From: Coriobacteriia bacterium
GTDB taxonomy: Bacteria > Actinomycetota > Coriobacteriia > Anaerosomatales > PALSA-660
Reading direction: 5' to 3'
DNA length: 64,000 nt
Assembly (NCBI GenBank): GCA_036507895.1
Contig: DATCIG010000013.1
Span: 26,573 to 90,572, forward strand
The translations under genes and the position numbers were made by a program. The notes under the pieces were generated by a model. The model searched no databases, was not told the DNA's origin, and saw only the letters and a program-made list of their open reading frames with translations. Below are positions 1 through 9,652 of the stretch, piece after piece. The stretch's first letter is position 1, and the number at the start of each line of letters is the position of its first letter.

Positions 1-340
1 GCAGGAAGTCGTCCGCGCCGGACACGAGGCCGCGGAGCACGCTCGCGGGATCGGACAGACCCGTGAGGAGCATCACGGGCACTTCGGCGATCGTGGCGTC
101 CGCCTTCGCCGCGCGACACAGCGCGTAGCCGTCCATCCTCGGCATGACCACGTCGCTGATCACGAGATCCGTGTGCGCTTCCCGGGCGAACCGCAGCGCC
201 GCTTCGCCTTCCTGCGCCACGACCACGTCGTAGCCGTTCTTCACCAGCAGGAACTCGAGACATGCGGCCTCGGTCGGGCTGTCCTCCGCGAGGACGACCC
301 TGCAACGACCCTCCCGGTCGATTCCTTGGCTCGCGGTCAC
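1..340 (-). CDS. Response regulator receiver (REC) protein; 5' part only, runs off the window start
   Basis: Absent from the ORF track because there is no stop in the window. Hand translation from GTG at 340 gives VTASQGIDREGRCRVVLAEDSPTEAACLEFLLVKNGYDVVVAQEGEAALRFAREAHTDLVISDVVMPRMDGYALCRAAKADATIAEVPVMLLTGLSDPASVLRGLVSGADDFL, with canonical REC motifs (ED pair, DLVISDVVMP phospho-Asp context, LLTG). A purine-rich SD (GGAGGCGGGAGAG) lies between the cheB stop (354-356) and this GTG. Confidence 0.8.
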   Translation of the reverse strand, partial: MTASQGIDREGRCRVVLAEDSPTEAACLEFLLVKNGYDVVVAQEGEAALRFAREAHTDLVISDVVMPRMDGYALCRAAKADATIAEVPVMLLTGLSDPASVLRGLVSGADDFL

Positions 341-353
341 CTCTCCCGCCTCC

Positions 354-1397
354 CTATCGTCCGGCCATCGCGGCAGATGACGTGAGTGAGACCAGCATCG
401 CGGCCACCTTGTCCACCCCGATCACATAGGTCGCCCCCCCGATCAGCGCGGCCTCCCTCGGCATCCCGTACACGACGCTCGATCGCTCGTCCTGCGCGAT
501 CGTTACCCCTCCGGCCTCACGCATCAGCTTCAGCTCGTCGGCTCCGTCGCGGCCCATCCCGGTGAGCAACACGCCGATGCACCGGGGTCCGCACGCCTTC
601 CGCACGGAGCGGAACAGGTACGACACCGCCGGCTTGAGGCTGCTCTCCGGTGGCGACGAGCTCAGTTGTATCCGACCTCCGCGGTCGACACCCATGTGAT
701 ACGAATCGGGCGCGAGGTACGCGTTGCCTGCGATGAGCTGATCCCCGCCCGCCGGTGCGCGGACGGGCGGGCCGCCCGAACGGTTGAGCCAATCGAGCAA
801 CGTCGGCTGGAACCCCACCGCCATGTGCTGGACGATGAGGATGGGTATGGGGTAGGCCTTGGGGAGACCCGAAAGCACTGTGAAGATGGCCTGCGGCCCG
901 CCGGTCGACGCCCCGATCGCGACCACGTCGATCGGCCCGGCACCCGGACTCCGGAACGCTACCGGAGCGCTCGCCGCGCGCGGCGGTCGTCGCGTGACGA
1001 CCCCGACCTCCGACATGCCCCGAACGACCTTTACGAGTTCGGTCTCTGCCCTGCTCCGCTCCACGCCCGTGCCCTCGGGCACGCCCACCACCGCCACAGC
1101 CCCCACGTGAAGCAATCGCTGCGTCTCGGATCGCGGCATGAGCGGGCCGCCGATGACGATGATGGGAGCGGCGGCGCTCTCCATGATGGACACGACCAGG
1201 GCGAGCGGATCCTTACCGGGGGCGCCCCCGATCACGATCGCGTCGGGCGCCAAATCGTGCGCGAGCGCCTTGGCTGAACTCGCCGTCCAAGCCGTTCCGA
1301 CGACCGCCATACCTGCGCCGGTCGCGAACGCGTCGCTCAGCCGACGGCGCTCGCCGGCGGATGTCTCGATGAGCAGTATGGTGACCGCCCTGGGCAC
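354..1397 (-). CDS. cheB: Chemotaxis protein-glutamate methylesterase CheB, with a degenerate N-terminal receiver domain
   Basis: The C-terminal half of ORF 354..1820 has CheB catalytic motifs (AIGASTGGP Ser, IVQHM His, GMGRDGA Asp). Start trimmed to GTG at 1397 (VPRAVTILLIETS...), which has AGGAGA 7 nt upstream and lies 11 nt after the cheA stop at 1409. The longer ORF N-terminus is Arg-rich and overlaps cheA. Confidence 0.9.
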   Translation of the reverse strand: MPRAVTILLIETSAGERRRLSDAFATGAGMAVVGTAWTASSAKALAHDLAPDAIVIGGAPGKDPLALVVSIMESAAAPIIVIGGPLMPRSETQRLLHVGAVAVVGVPEGTGVERSRAETELVKVVRGMSEVGVVTRRPPRAASAPVAFRSPGAGPIDVVAIGASTGGPQAIFTVLSGLPKAYPIPILIVQHMAVGFQPTLLDWLNRSGGPPVRAPAGGDQLIAGNAYLAPDSYHMGVDRGGRIQLSSSPPESSLKPAVSYLFRSVRKACGPRCIGVLLTGMGRDGADELKLMREAGGVTIAQDERSSVVYGMPREAALIGGATYVIGVDKVAAMLVSLTSSAAMAGR

Positions 1398-1408
1398 GAA
1401 TGGGTCTC

Positions 1409-3649
1409 CTATGTCAGTCGACGAAGGGTCTCCAGCAGGTTGTTCTTGCCGAAGTTGCTCTTGATCAGGTACGCGTTGGCTCCTGCTTCGATGCCGCGCG
1501 CCTTGTCCGACTGCGATTCGCGCCCCGTCACCAGGATCACAGGGATGCGGGCGGTCCGCGCGTCCGCACGGATGCGGGCGGTGAGTTCGAATCCGTCGAT
1601 CTTCGGCATCTCCACGTCGGAGACGACGGCATCGAACAACTCCGTCTTGAGCACCGTGAGAGCTTCGGACCCGTCGCAGGCCGTACGAACGCGGAAGCCC
1701 GCGGTCGTGAGGATGTTCCGCAGCAGCATCCGAGACGTCACCGAGTCCTCGACGATCAGGATGCTCGGCGCCACCTCGGCGGGTTCTTCCTCCTGACCGA
1801 GCGCGCCTCCAGCCTGCCACAGCGCGTTCGCGGCGGCGATGAGGCCTCGGGTGTCGAAGACCGGGGCGACCTGTCCGGTCTCGAGCACCGTCGCTCCCGA
1901 GACGCTCGCGACTCGCGCGAGCTGTGGTCCGAGGCTCTTGACCAGCACGTCCTGTTCTCGCATGACGCGGTCCACCCCGAAGGTGATCCGCTCGTCACGC
2001 CCCCCGAGAACGAACGCTTGTATCCGGTCGTCTGGCTTCCGGTCCCGAGGTCGGGGTATGCCGACCAGGGCAGCGAGGTCGACCATGGGCACGGGCCGCT
2101 CGTCGACCAAGATGGTCGGCTGGTTCGCCGCGGTCTTGATCGAGTCCCGGCTGACCCGCATCACGCGGTAGAGAAGGGTGGTCGGGACGACGTAGGGCCG
2201 GCCGCCCACCTCCACTACAACGCCCCGGATGGTCGCCAGCGCCGTCGGGACCACGAGACGCAGGGTCGAGCCCCCGCCCGCAGCGGACCGGAACGAGACG
2301 GTCCCTTCGAGTTCCTCGATGTTGCGCCGCACGACGTTCAGCCCCACGCCCCGCCCGGAGATGTCGGTGATGATCGGATTGGTCGAGACGCCCGGCTCGA
2401 ATGCCAGCGAAAGGGAGCGGTCGTCGTCGAGCAACTCCACCTGCTCTCGCGTCGCCGCGCCCGTCGCTACAGCGGCGTCCCGGATGCCGGCCGGGTCGAG
2501 CCCGCGGCCGTCGTCGGTCACTTCGATCGAGACCCGGCTGTCCTCGAGCCTGGAAACGACGACGCGCACCACACCTCGCTCCGGCTTGCCCGCGGTCGCG
2601 CGCCCTTCCGGCGTCTCGATGCCGTGGCTCACCGCATTGCGTATCGCATGGACGAGCGGATCCTTGAGCCGCTCCAGGACGCGCCGGTCCAGCTCCGTCT
2701 CCGCGCCGCTGACGACGAGGTCCACTTCCTTGGCCTCTTGCCTCGCGAGATCGCGCACCATCTTGCCGAACAGGGCGGATATCGAGGAGAACGGGAGCAT
2801 CAGCACGCTTTCGACCTGGGCCAGCATGTCGTCCACGAGCGGCCCCACGTGGCGCCGGTCCTGCTCGGCTCCGGCCGCCAGCGCGGAGGTGCGAGCCGAC
2901 AGCTCGGCCGCGAAGGCTGAGGTGCCGTCCAGGACCGCGCGCACGCGGCGCAGAGCCGCCGGCGTCAGTCGGTCCACCGATGCAAGATCCGCACGCGCAG
3001 CGTCCCAGCCCTTGCGCCACGCCCGCGTCCGCGTGTCCAGGTCGCGGGCCCCGCTCGCGTGACGGTTCTGAGCGAGCTTGATGGCGAGCATCTCCTCGGC
3101 CTGGAGCATCAGGGCGTCGATCTTGCCGGCGGCCACCCGCACCATCGTGTCCTGGGTGCCGGTCGAGGCGGTCGAAGACGGCGCAGATGAAGGGTCGGGA
3201 GGAGGTGAGACCGGCGTCGACGTTGCCGCATGCCCCGGATCCGGATGAGAAGCGGGATGGTCGGGCGCACGCACGATCTCCGATCCCGCCTTGACCGTCC
3301 GGGCTGGCCCGGTCGATGGTTCCAGGAGCGCCACCACGGTATCCAGCGCGTCGCTCACCGAGTCGATCTCCGTCGCGACGGGCTCCGAAGCGCCACCCCT
3401 CCACGACGCGAGGACCGTCTCCATCGACTGGCACACGGCGGTGATCCGGGGCTGGCTGGCCGCGGCCGAAGCGCCCTTGAGGCTGTGGACCTCCCGGAAC
3501 ATCCCGTCGAGCAGCTCAGACCGGCGCGCAGAGGCGGGCAGGCCCTCGAGTTCGAGCAGGCCGCGTGACAGCGCCTCGACGTGCTCGATCGCCTCCGCGT
3601 AGAACGTTGCGCGAAGCTGTGCGGCGAAATCCTCGTCACTCGGATGCAC
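1409..3649 (-). CDS. cheA: Hybrid chemotaxis histidine kinase CheA with C-terminal CheY-like receiver
   Basis: HPt motif (HSLKGASAAA), HATPase G-boxes (GRGLD, GRGVGLNVV), a CheW-like P5 region, then a REC domain (ILIVEDSVTSRMLL...VVSDVEMPKIDG...ILVTGR...YLIKSNF). GTG start at 3649. Confidence 0.95.
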   Translation of the reverse strand: MHPSDEDFAAQLRATFYAEAIEHVEALSRGLLELEGLPASARRSELLDGMFREVHSLKGASAAASQPRITAVCQSMETVLASWRGGASEPVATEIDSVSDALDTVVALLEPSTGPARTVKAGSEIVRAPDHPASHPDPGHAATSTPVSPPPDPSSAPSSTASTGTQDTMVRVAAGKIDALMLQAEEMLAIKLAQNRHASGARDLDTRTRAWRKGWDAARADLASVDRLTPAALRRVRAVLDGTSAFAAELSARTSALAAGAEQDRRHVGPLVDDMLAQVESVLMLPFSSISALFGKMVRDLARQEAKEVDLVVSGAETELDRRVLERLKDPLVHAIRNAVSHGIETPEGRATAGKPERGVVRVVVSRLEDSRVSIEVTDDGRGLDPAGIRDAAVATGAATREQVELLDDDRSLSLAFEPGVSTNPIITDISGRGVGLNVVRRNIEELEGTVSFRSAAGGGSTLRLVVPTALATIRGVVVEVGGRPYVVPTTLLYRVMRVSRDSIKTAANQPTILVDERPVPMVDLAALVGIPRPRDRKPDDRIQAFVLGGRDERITFGVDRVMREQDVLVKSLGPQLARVASVSGATVLETGQVAPVFDTRGLIAAANALWQAGGALGQEEEPAEVAPSILIVEDSVTSRMLLRNILTTAGFRVRTACDGSEALTVLKTELFDAVVSDVEMPKIDGFELTARIRADARTARIPVILVTGRESQSDKARGIEAGANAYLIKSNFGKNNLLETLRRLT

Positions 3650-3671
3650 GTCGCGTCGCCTTCCCGGGTGC

Positions 3672-5141
3672 TCAGGTGCCGATGGTCGTGCGGTTATCGA
3701 TCAGTGCCTGGAGGGCGTTGGCCATATCGCGCAGATGGCCGACCTCTGCCTCTATCTGCCGTGTCCCGGCAACGTTCTGCGCACTGGCCTCGTTGATCGC
3801 CTCCATCGCAGAGCCGATCTGGCCGAGCCCGGCGAACTGCTGCTCGGTCGACGCGGCCGTCTGCTGGATCGCAAGGACCGCCGCGGCAACGCTCTCCGCA
3901 AGCCGATCAATGGCCTCGCCGCTCTGAATCGACTGCTTCGCCGTGCTCTCGACCGACTTGCTCCCCAGCTCCGTTGCCATGATCGTGGCAGTCGAGGCCT
4001 TCTCGATCTCGGCTAGGACCCCGCGCACCTGCGCCACGGCCATCTTCGATTGGTCGGCGAGGTTCTTGACCTCCTGCGCGACCACCGCGAAGCCCTTGCC
4101 CTGATCGCCGGCCTTCGCGGCCTCGATCGCGGCGTTCACCGACAGGAGATTCGACTGCTCGGCGAGGTCGTTCACGGTCGCTATGACGTCTGAGATCGTC
4201 GCGGTCTGGTCCGACAGGCGCATGATCGACTCCGTGATGACGCTCATCTGCTCGCCCATGCGCTCGATCCCGCTCAGTGTCTCCTCGACCGACTTGCTGC
4301 CCATCTCCACCACGCGGGCCGTCTCGTTGGCCGTCTCAACGAGCGCCATCGCCTTCTCGTTGACCAGTTGAGCAGTCTGCTTGACCTCGACGACGGTGAC
4401 CGTGGTCTCGGAGATCGATGTCGCCGTCTGCGACGCGCCGGCCGCGACCTGCGCCGAGACCGCGAGCATTTCGGCTGCGGAGCTCATCAGCTTGGCCGTC
4501 ACCTCGCGCAGTGTCCGCTTGGTGGAGGTCGCGATCCACACAGCAAGACCGATCGCGAAGATGATGAAGAGCACGGCGGCGGCCACTATGACGATCGTAG
4601 ACTCCGCGGAGGCCTTCTCGGCGGCAGCGGTGTGGGCGGTCACGCTCGCGTTGGCCGTCTCTATCAGTTGCGTGGAGAGATCGACGATCTCCTGCCCCGG
4701 AACCGCAAGCTTCTCAGCCTCACCCAACGCCGCAGTCTCGTTCTTGGAGCTGAGAAACGCGAGCACTTGGGTGACGCCCCCGTGCCACGAGACCTCCTTG
4801 CTGGCTATCTGTGCGGCAGTGTCGACTCCGATACCGGAGGCCTCGGCGGCAGCCTGCATCTGCGTGACGGCAACGTCAATCGGCGGCAGTAAGTCCGTGG
4901 TCCGCTTGATGAACTCGGCGCGGCGGTCGCGGTACAGCAGCGCTGCCCGCATATCCGCCACCGTGTCGCGGATCTGGAAGCGCATCTCCGACGCCGCGTA
5001 GCGTACCTGCACGTCCTCGTTCAGAAGGGAGGTGTACCGCGACTGCGTGTCGTTCATGTCGTAGATCGCCAAGCCGAGCATCGCCACCAGAAGCACGATC
5101 GCGACCACGTACCCTGCGTAAATCTTCCTGATGAGCGTCAT
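3672..5141 (-). CDS. Methyl-accepting chemotaxis protein (two TM segments, extracytoplasmic helical sensor, MCP signalling domain)
   Basis: Highly conserved MCP hairpin-tip motif ([40 protein letters not shown]). N-terminal TM segment and a second TM around [20 protein letters not shown]. The ATG at 5141 overlaps the cheW stop (ATGA). Confidence 0.95.
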   Translation of the reverse strand: MTLIRKIYAGYVVAIVLLVAMLGLAIYDMNDTQSRYTSLLNEDVQVRYAASEMRFQIRDTVADMRAALLYRDRRAEFIKRTTDLLPPIDVAVTQMQAAAEASGIGVDTAAQIASKEVSWHGGVTQVLAFLSSKNETAALGEAEKLAVPGQEIVDLSTQLIETANASVTAHTAAAEKASAESTIVIVAAAVLFIIFAIGLAVWIATSTKRTLREVTAKLMSSAAEMLAVSAQVAAGASQTATSISETTVTVVEVKQTAQLVNEKAMALVETANETARVVEMGSKSVEETLSGIERMGEQMSVITESIMRLSDQTATISDVIATVNDLAEQSNLLSVNAAIEAAKAGDQGKGFAVVAQEVKNLADQSKMAVAQVRGVLAEIEKASTATIMATELGSKSVESTAKQSIQSGEAIDRLAESVAAAVLAIQQTAASTEQQFAGLGQIGSAMEAINEASAQNVAGTRQIEAEVGHLRDMANALQALIDNRTTIGT

Positions 5142-5713
5142 GCCGATCCCTCCGTAGTGAGAGCTTCCGACCCCGCACCGGGCCGCACGACCAATCTCGG
5201 ATCCGCAAGCAGCTTCGCGGCGTCCAGGAGGACCACCCGCTCAGGCGTCACCCCGAACACGTAGTCCCCACTCGCGCCGGCCAACGTCTTGAGCGATTGC
5301 TGGAGCGTCTCGAGGGGCAGTGCCTTCACCTCTCTGATCTGATCCGCCGCCACGCCGAACTCCATGGAGTCCGATCGGAGCACGATCGCGGTATCCGAGC
5401 ACACGCCCTCTCGGACGCGCAGTCCGAAGATCGGCCGCAGGTCGAGCACGGACACGATCTTGCCGCGGACGCTGATCACGCCGAGGACGAAGTCGGGCGT
5501 GCCGGGGATCAGTGCGAGGTCCGTGACCGGGTACACCTCGCTCACGAATCTCGTCTCCAGCGCGTACGTCTCGTCACCGACGGAGAACTCGAGTACCTGA
5601 AGATCCGCCGAGTGGTCCGATTCCTCCGCACGGGCAGCCAAGGCAAGCGCGCGCCGGTGCAGGACGGCGGCGTCCACCGCAGCGGGAGACGATGCTGTCT
5701 TCCTCCTGGCCAT
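5138..5713 (-). CDS. cheW: Chemotaxis coupling protein CheW
   Basis: CheW-like domain ([61 protein letters not shown]). Operon context. Confidence 0.9.
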   Translation of the reverse strand: MARRKTASSPAAVDAAVLHRRALALAARAEESDHSADLQVLEFSVGDETYALETRFVSEVYPVTDLALIPGTPDFVLGVISVRGKIVSVLDLRPIFGLRVREGVCSDTAIVLRSDSMEFGVAADQIREVKALPLETLQQSLKTLAGASGDYVFGVTPERVVLLDAAKLLADPRLVVRPGAGSEALTTEGSA

Positions 5714-5716
5714 GCG

Positions 5717-7063
5717 CTATGACCTCCCCGTGATGTCGGGCATCATCGCGCGCACTTCTCCGACGGTCATCCCGTCCGTATCGGGAAGCACCGATGCGGG
5801 CGGGAGGCCCGCGAGGATCTTCGCGAGCGTCGCATAGTGCCTGGCCGCCGCCCGGTGGTCGCCGGCCCGCAAAGCATCGTTCCCGAGGAGCAGATGGGCG
5901 AGCGCGAAGTCGGGCTCGAGATACAGGGCCCGGCGCAACTCGGTTGCCGCGTCTTCCGACCTCCCGAGCTCCTGCAGGATCGTGGCACGCAGGAAGTGAT
6001 AGGACGCCGTCGCTTTTATGTCCGCCGCGATCGCGTCGCACACGGTCAGCGCTTCGGCCAACCGCCCCCCGTCCGCAAGCGCCTTCGCCTGCGCGATCGC
6101 CGGCGCCGCCACGATCGGCGCGGGATCGACCGGACGGGCGATCCTACGCGGCGGATCGACCGCCGCGTCCACGCGGACCCTGCGGGCCGGCGGCTTGGAC
6201 GAAACCGGCGCCGTCGGCGCACCCGGCCCCGGCTTGGTGAAGCAGAATGCTCCCGCGACACGGACCAGCGTCAGACGGGGGAACAGCATCCGTGTCGCCT
6301 CGCTCGGCGCAACGAAGAGGTGTCCACCGATGGCCAGTGAGTCCTGCAGACGATCCGCCGCCACCCGCAACTGACGCGGCGAGAAGTACATGAGCGTGTT
6401 GCGGCAGAAGATGACATCCAGGCTTGATGTCTCATCCGGCATCACCCGCTCGCCGGAGGCCAGATTATGGTGCGCGAACTTGACCATCTCGCGGATCTCG
6501 GACCTGAGCTCCCACCTGCCGGGCGCGACCGGCGTGAAGTAGTCCCGGGTGAACGACTCCGGGGTCTCGCGCAACGACCACTTCGTGTACCTCGCGGCCT
6601 TGGCAAGCGCCAGAGCGGCGCGGTCGATATCCGTCGCGAGGATGGACACGCTGACGGCACCGCTGAGTGCCAGCGCCCTTCTGCATGCGATCGCGATCGA
6701 GTAGGGCTCGGCGCCGTCGGAGCAGCCGGCGCTCCAGATACGAATGGAGCCGGGATGCGCTCGAGCGAGCTCGGGCAGGATGTGCCGCTCGAGAGCCGCG
6801 AATGACTTCGGGTCGCGGAAGAAGTAGGTCTCGTTGATCGTCAGGCAGCTCTCGAAGTGCGTGATCTGCTCGGTCGTGGCGCTCCCGGTGAGGATCGCCG
6901 CGACCAGACCGGTCGAGGCGGCGAAGCCCGCGCGTGGGGCGGCGGCTTCCAGTGCCCGCGAGAGATCGGCCCACTTCCCCGACGGGAAGTGGAGTCCCAT
7001 GCGGTCGTCGACGAAGTCGGCCAGCGCCGCGAGTTCCTGAGGAGATACGCGGGCGGCGGTCAT
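5717..7063 (-). CDS. cheR: Chemotaxis protein methyltransferase CheR with C-terminal TPR-like extension
   Basis: CheR SAM-methyltransferase core (ETYFFRD, IRIWSAGCSDGAEPYSIA, DVIFCRNTLMYF). It is followed by about 130 aa of Ala/Leu-rich TPR-like repeats (AEALTVCDAI..., ASYHFLRATILQELGRSEDAATELRRALYLEPDFALAHLLLGNDAL...). The ATG at 7063 overlaps the upstream stop (ATGA). Confidence 0.9.
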   Translation of the reverse strand: MTAARVSPQELAALADFVDDRMGLHFPSGKWADLSRALEAAAPRAGFAASTGLVAAILTGSATTEQITHFESCLTINETYFFRDPKSFAALERHILPELARAHPGSIRIWSAGCSDGAEPYSIAIACRRALALSGAVSVSILATDIDRAALALAKAARYTKWSLRETPESFTRDYFTPVAPGRWELRSEIREMVKFAHHNLASGERVMPDETSSLDVIFCRNTLMYFSPRQLRVAADRLQDSLAIGGHLFVAPSEATRMLFPRLTLVRVAGAFCFTKPGPGAPTAPVSSKPPARRVRVDAAVDPPRRIARPVDPAPIVAAPAIAQAKALADGGRLAEALTVCDAIAADIKATASYHFLRATILQELGRSEDAATELRRALYLEPDFALAHLLLGNDALRAGDHRAAARHYATLAKILAGLPPASVLPDTDGMTVGEVRAMMPDITGRS

Positions 7064-7572
7064 GTCGGGTCGCCCAACGGCGCGACCTCGAAGAGTCCGG
7101 AGAACTCCTCCTGGGTGACCACGCGATCGATCGCGAGCTCCAACACGATGCCCTCATCGTCACGCAATGCGCGACTGAGACAGTCCGCTCCGAGCGGTTC
7201 ACAGTCGTCATCTGCCGGCGCGAAGAGGCGTTCGCTGATCCCGATCACCGCGTCGACGGGCAGGACGATCACCGCCCGAGACGTCCTGGCGATCACCATG
7301 CAGTCTGTGACCGCGATCGGCCTGCCCTCGAGCCGCAGACGCAGGCGAAGATCGACCACGGGAACAATGTCGCCCCCCACGTCGATGACGCCCGCGAAGA
7401 CACCGGGAGCGGTGACCACCGGTGTGATCTCGACCGCGCGCACCACGCGAGACACCGTTCCTAACGGGATGGAGTATCTCTGCCCCTCGACCAGGACGAT
7501 GAGGTCCGCGGTCGTGCGCTCGACCCCATCGGGCAAGTCCAAGACGGCAACGCCTCCCCATTCGATGAACAC
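7060..7572 (-). CDS. Second CheW-like coupling protein
   Basis: CheW-like pattern (LIVLVEGQRYSIPLGTVSRVVRAVEITPVVTAPGVFAGVIDVGGDIVPVVDLRLRL). GTG start at 7572; the exact start is uncertain. Confidence 0.8.
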   Translation of the reverse strand: MFIEWGGVAVLDLPDGVERTTADLIVLVEGQRYSIPLGTVSRVVRAVEITPVVTAPGVFAGVIDVGGDIVPVVDLRLRLRLEGRPIAVTDCMVIARTSRAVIVLPVDAVIGISERLFAPADDDCEPLGADCLSRALRDDEGIVLELAIDRVVTQEEFSGLFEVAPLGDPT

Positions 7573-7577
7573 CCTGA

Positions 7578-7889
7578 CTACGTCGACAGCTGGAAGTGGT
7601 CCTCACGGAAGAGGGCGACGCAGACCCTGGACACCTCAGCGTCGTAGAGGCGTCCGACGCCCCGCTCGATCTCGGCCAGCGCCGCATCGATCCCGAGAGC
7701 GGGCCGGTAGGGACGATGCGACACCATCGCCTCGACGACATCGGCCACCGCGAGCCGGTCGACCGCCGCGGCCAAGGTATCGAAGCTCTCCGCGACTATG
7801 CCGGAGCCGGAGTCGTGGAGCATCTCGATGATCAGCCTGGGGTCGCCAGGGTTGTCCTCGACGATAGGGAGCTTTCGAGCCGGGTCCAC
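7578..7889 (-). pseudogene. In-frame remnant of a REC-HD-GYP response regulator: about 40 aa of REC N-terminus fused to the last about 55 aa of an HD-GYP domain
   Basis: 103 aa. The N-terminus LPIVEDNPGDPRLIIEMLHDSGSG parallels the next gene ([21 protein letters not shown]). The C-terminus ADVVEAMVSHRPYRPALGIDAALAEIERGVGRLYDAEVSRVCVALF matches the HD-GYP C-terminal signature (ADvfDAlts-RPYR...eAl.ei....G..fDP.vv.af). The HD and GYP core is absent. The GTG start abuts the upstream TAA. Confidence 0.6.
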
Positions 7890-8333
7890 TTATGCTTCGC
7901 CACCCGGAAGCTTCACGATCGACAGCCAGAATTCCTCGATGGAGCGGACGACCTTCACGAACTGGTTGAGGTCGACCGGTTTCGTGATGTAGCAGTTCGC
8001 GTGGAGGTCGTAGGCGCTCAGGATGTCGAGCCCGGCTGACGATGATGTAAGCACGATGACCGGGACCCTTCGCAGCGCGGGATCGGCCTTCATCTCCGCC
8101 AAGACCTCGCGGCCGTCCTTCTTGGGCAGGTTGAGGTCGAGCAGGACCAGGCCCTGCGGCCCCGCATCGGCGTAGGTGCCCTCGTGGCGCAGGAATGCCA
8201 GCGCCTCCACACCGTCCTCCACGACGTTGAGCGTGCTGCTGATCGGCCCCTCTTTGAGGACCTCCCGCGTGAGGCGCACGTCACCGGGGTTGTCCTCGAC
8301 GAGCAGTATCTGGATGGGAGCCGAGGCGTTCAT
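7890..8333 (-). CDS. Stand-alone CheY/Rcp1-like response regulator
   Basis: [26 protein letters not shown]...[17 protein letters not shown]...VIVLTSS...ANCYITKP. 147 aa from the ATG at 8333. The rest of ORF 7890..9197 overlaps orr out of frame and is Arg/Pro-rich. Confidence 0.9.
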   Translation of the reverse strand: MNASAPIQILLVEDNPGDVRLTREVLKEGPISSTLNVVEDGVEALAFLRHEGTYADAGPQGLVLLDLNLPKKDGREVLAEMKADPALRRVPVIVLTSSSAGLDILSAYDLHANCYITKPVDLNQFVKVVRSIEEFWLSIVKLPGGEA

Positions 8334-8560
8334 TCGCGCTCCTTCACTCAGCCCACCGAGAGGTTGAGGTTCTGCTCGCTTCGCTTGAGAGTCTCCGCTG
8401 CACGCGCCAGCCCTGCCCCCGACCGCAAGGCCGCCGAGAGTCGGTCCCATCCCGATCCGATCATCTTCGAATCCATGCGGGGGACCCCTGCCCCATACGA
8501 AGCGGGCGCGCGCGCACCCCACGAGTGGGAATGTACCCCCGGTCAGCAGTCGCCAACCCG

Positions 8561-9640
8561 CTACGCGCCGCGCACGAACTCCTTGGCCACATACGGCGAC
8601 GTGAAGAGCGACAAGGTCGACGAGTAGCCGGGGACGAAGACGATCGGCTCGCCGATGGCGGGCGCGACCGACAGGTCCTCCACGTCGAGCACGAGGTGGT
8701 CGCTCGAGGCGCCGAGCACGATCACGCGCGGATCGACCGGCGTGAGTTGCTCCGGCACGACGTCCTGCCGCCCGATCGCGCAGATCGCGCGGAGGCGGTC
8801 TCCCCGGTCCTCGAATGAGGGGACGTTGCCGAAGGCGTCCTGCGCGCACGTGCCGATCGGCAACGAGGGCTTCACCTTGCACTCGATCACCGGGGCGGAG
8901 ACGGTCACCGCATCCTCGTGGAGTTCGAGTCCGGGTATCTGCTCGCGGGTCGCGGGGTCGACGCCCAGCATGATCGCCTCGCCGAGGCGCAGGTTGTCGA
9001 TCGAACGGGGCGCCCTGCCGGAGATGACCGGCGCAATCGACGTGGAACTGCCGCCCGATACGAGCAGCCGTTTGCCGAGCTGCCGCTGCGCGGAAGCTGC
9101 GAGCTCCGACAGCAGACCGAGGTTGCCCTCGTCGGGGACGATCGCGCCGTAGCACGTCAGGCTCGCTCCGATGCCGAGTATCTCGATGTTCGAACAAAGC
9201 GCCGCCCGTTCGAGGAAACCCGGAAGCTCAGTCGGCATCATGCCCTCACGCAGGTCGCCGATATCCACCATGGCGACGATCCCGTACCGCGTTCCCACGC
9301 GCGCGGCCGCGGCATCGAGCGCCTCGACGATGTCCATCTCGCTCACGACGGAGACGTCGGAGTACCGGACCGCGTCCTCGGCGACACCCGGAGCCGGAGC
9401 GCGCACCAGCCAGATCGGCGCCAGTATCCCGGCCGCGCGCAGCCTCGCGGCGTTCTCGATGCGTGACTCCCCGAGGGCCACAGCACCGCCGGCCAGCATC
9501 GCTCGGCCGATCTCCGGCGCCCCGCAGGTGACTTTGGTGACGCCGACCACGTCGACACCCGGAAGCCGCTCGACCAGCCTCCGCGTATTGTCGACGATCT
9601 TGTCGAGGTCGACGGTGACGGTCGCCTGTGCGAGTTGCAT
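8561..9640 (-). CDS. orr: PLP-dependent alanine-racemase-fold enzyme, likely ornithine racemase
   Basis: N-terminal TIM-barrel racemase pattern with a PLP-Lys context ([21 protein letters not shown]). AGGAGG SD before the ATG at 9640. Sits next to the GlmL/MutL-like gene, as in described ornithine-degradation clusters. Confidence 0.75.
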   Translation of the reverse strand: MQLAQATVTVDLDKIVDNTRRLVERLPGVDVVGVTKVTCGAPEIGRAMLAGGAVALGESRIENAARLRAAGILAPIWLVRAPAPGVAEDAVRYSDVSVVSEMDIVEALDAAAARVGTRYGIVAMVDIGDLREGMMPTELPGFLERAALCSNIEILGIGASLTCYGAIVPDEGNLGLLSELAASAQRQLGKRLLVSGGSSTSIAPVISGRAPRSIDNLRLGEAIMLGVDPATREQIPGLELHEDAVTVSAPVIECKVKPSLPIGTCAQDAFGNVPSFEDRGDRLRAICAIGRQDVVPEQLTPVDPRVIVLGASSDHLVLDVEDLSVAPAIGEPIVFVPGYSSTLSLFTSPYVAKEFVRGA

Positions 9641-9652
9641 GCGGCTTTCCTC

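Noticed and set aside
1400-2920. Long antisense or out-of-frame ORFs throughout the track (for example 1400..2920+, 11168..13786+, 16975..19452+, 34994..36667+, 38827..40797+, 45514..48312+, 51563..53194-, 61344..63389+)
   Set aside because: All overlap genes with clear family signatures on the other strand or frame. Their translations are Arg/Pro/Gly/Ala-rich with no motifs, the expected stop-codon-poor shadow ORFs of GC-rich DNA.
8334-9197. N-terminal extensions of several track ORFs (7890..9197, 354..1820, 9653..11212, 28302..29879, 34841..36787, 48950..52435, 16921..19305)
   Set aside because: The extensions overlap the preceding gene in another frame, are compositionally non-protein-like, and internal starts with SD sequences or ATGA/GTGA overlaps give canonical protein lengths.
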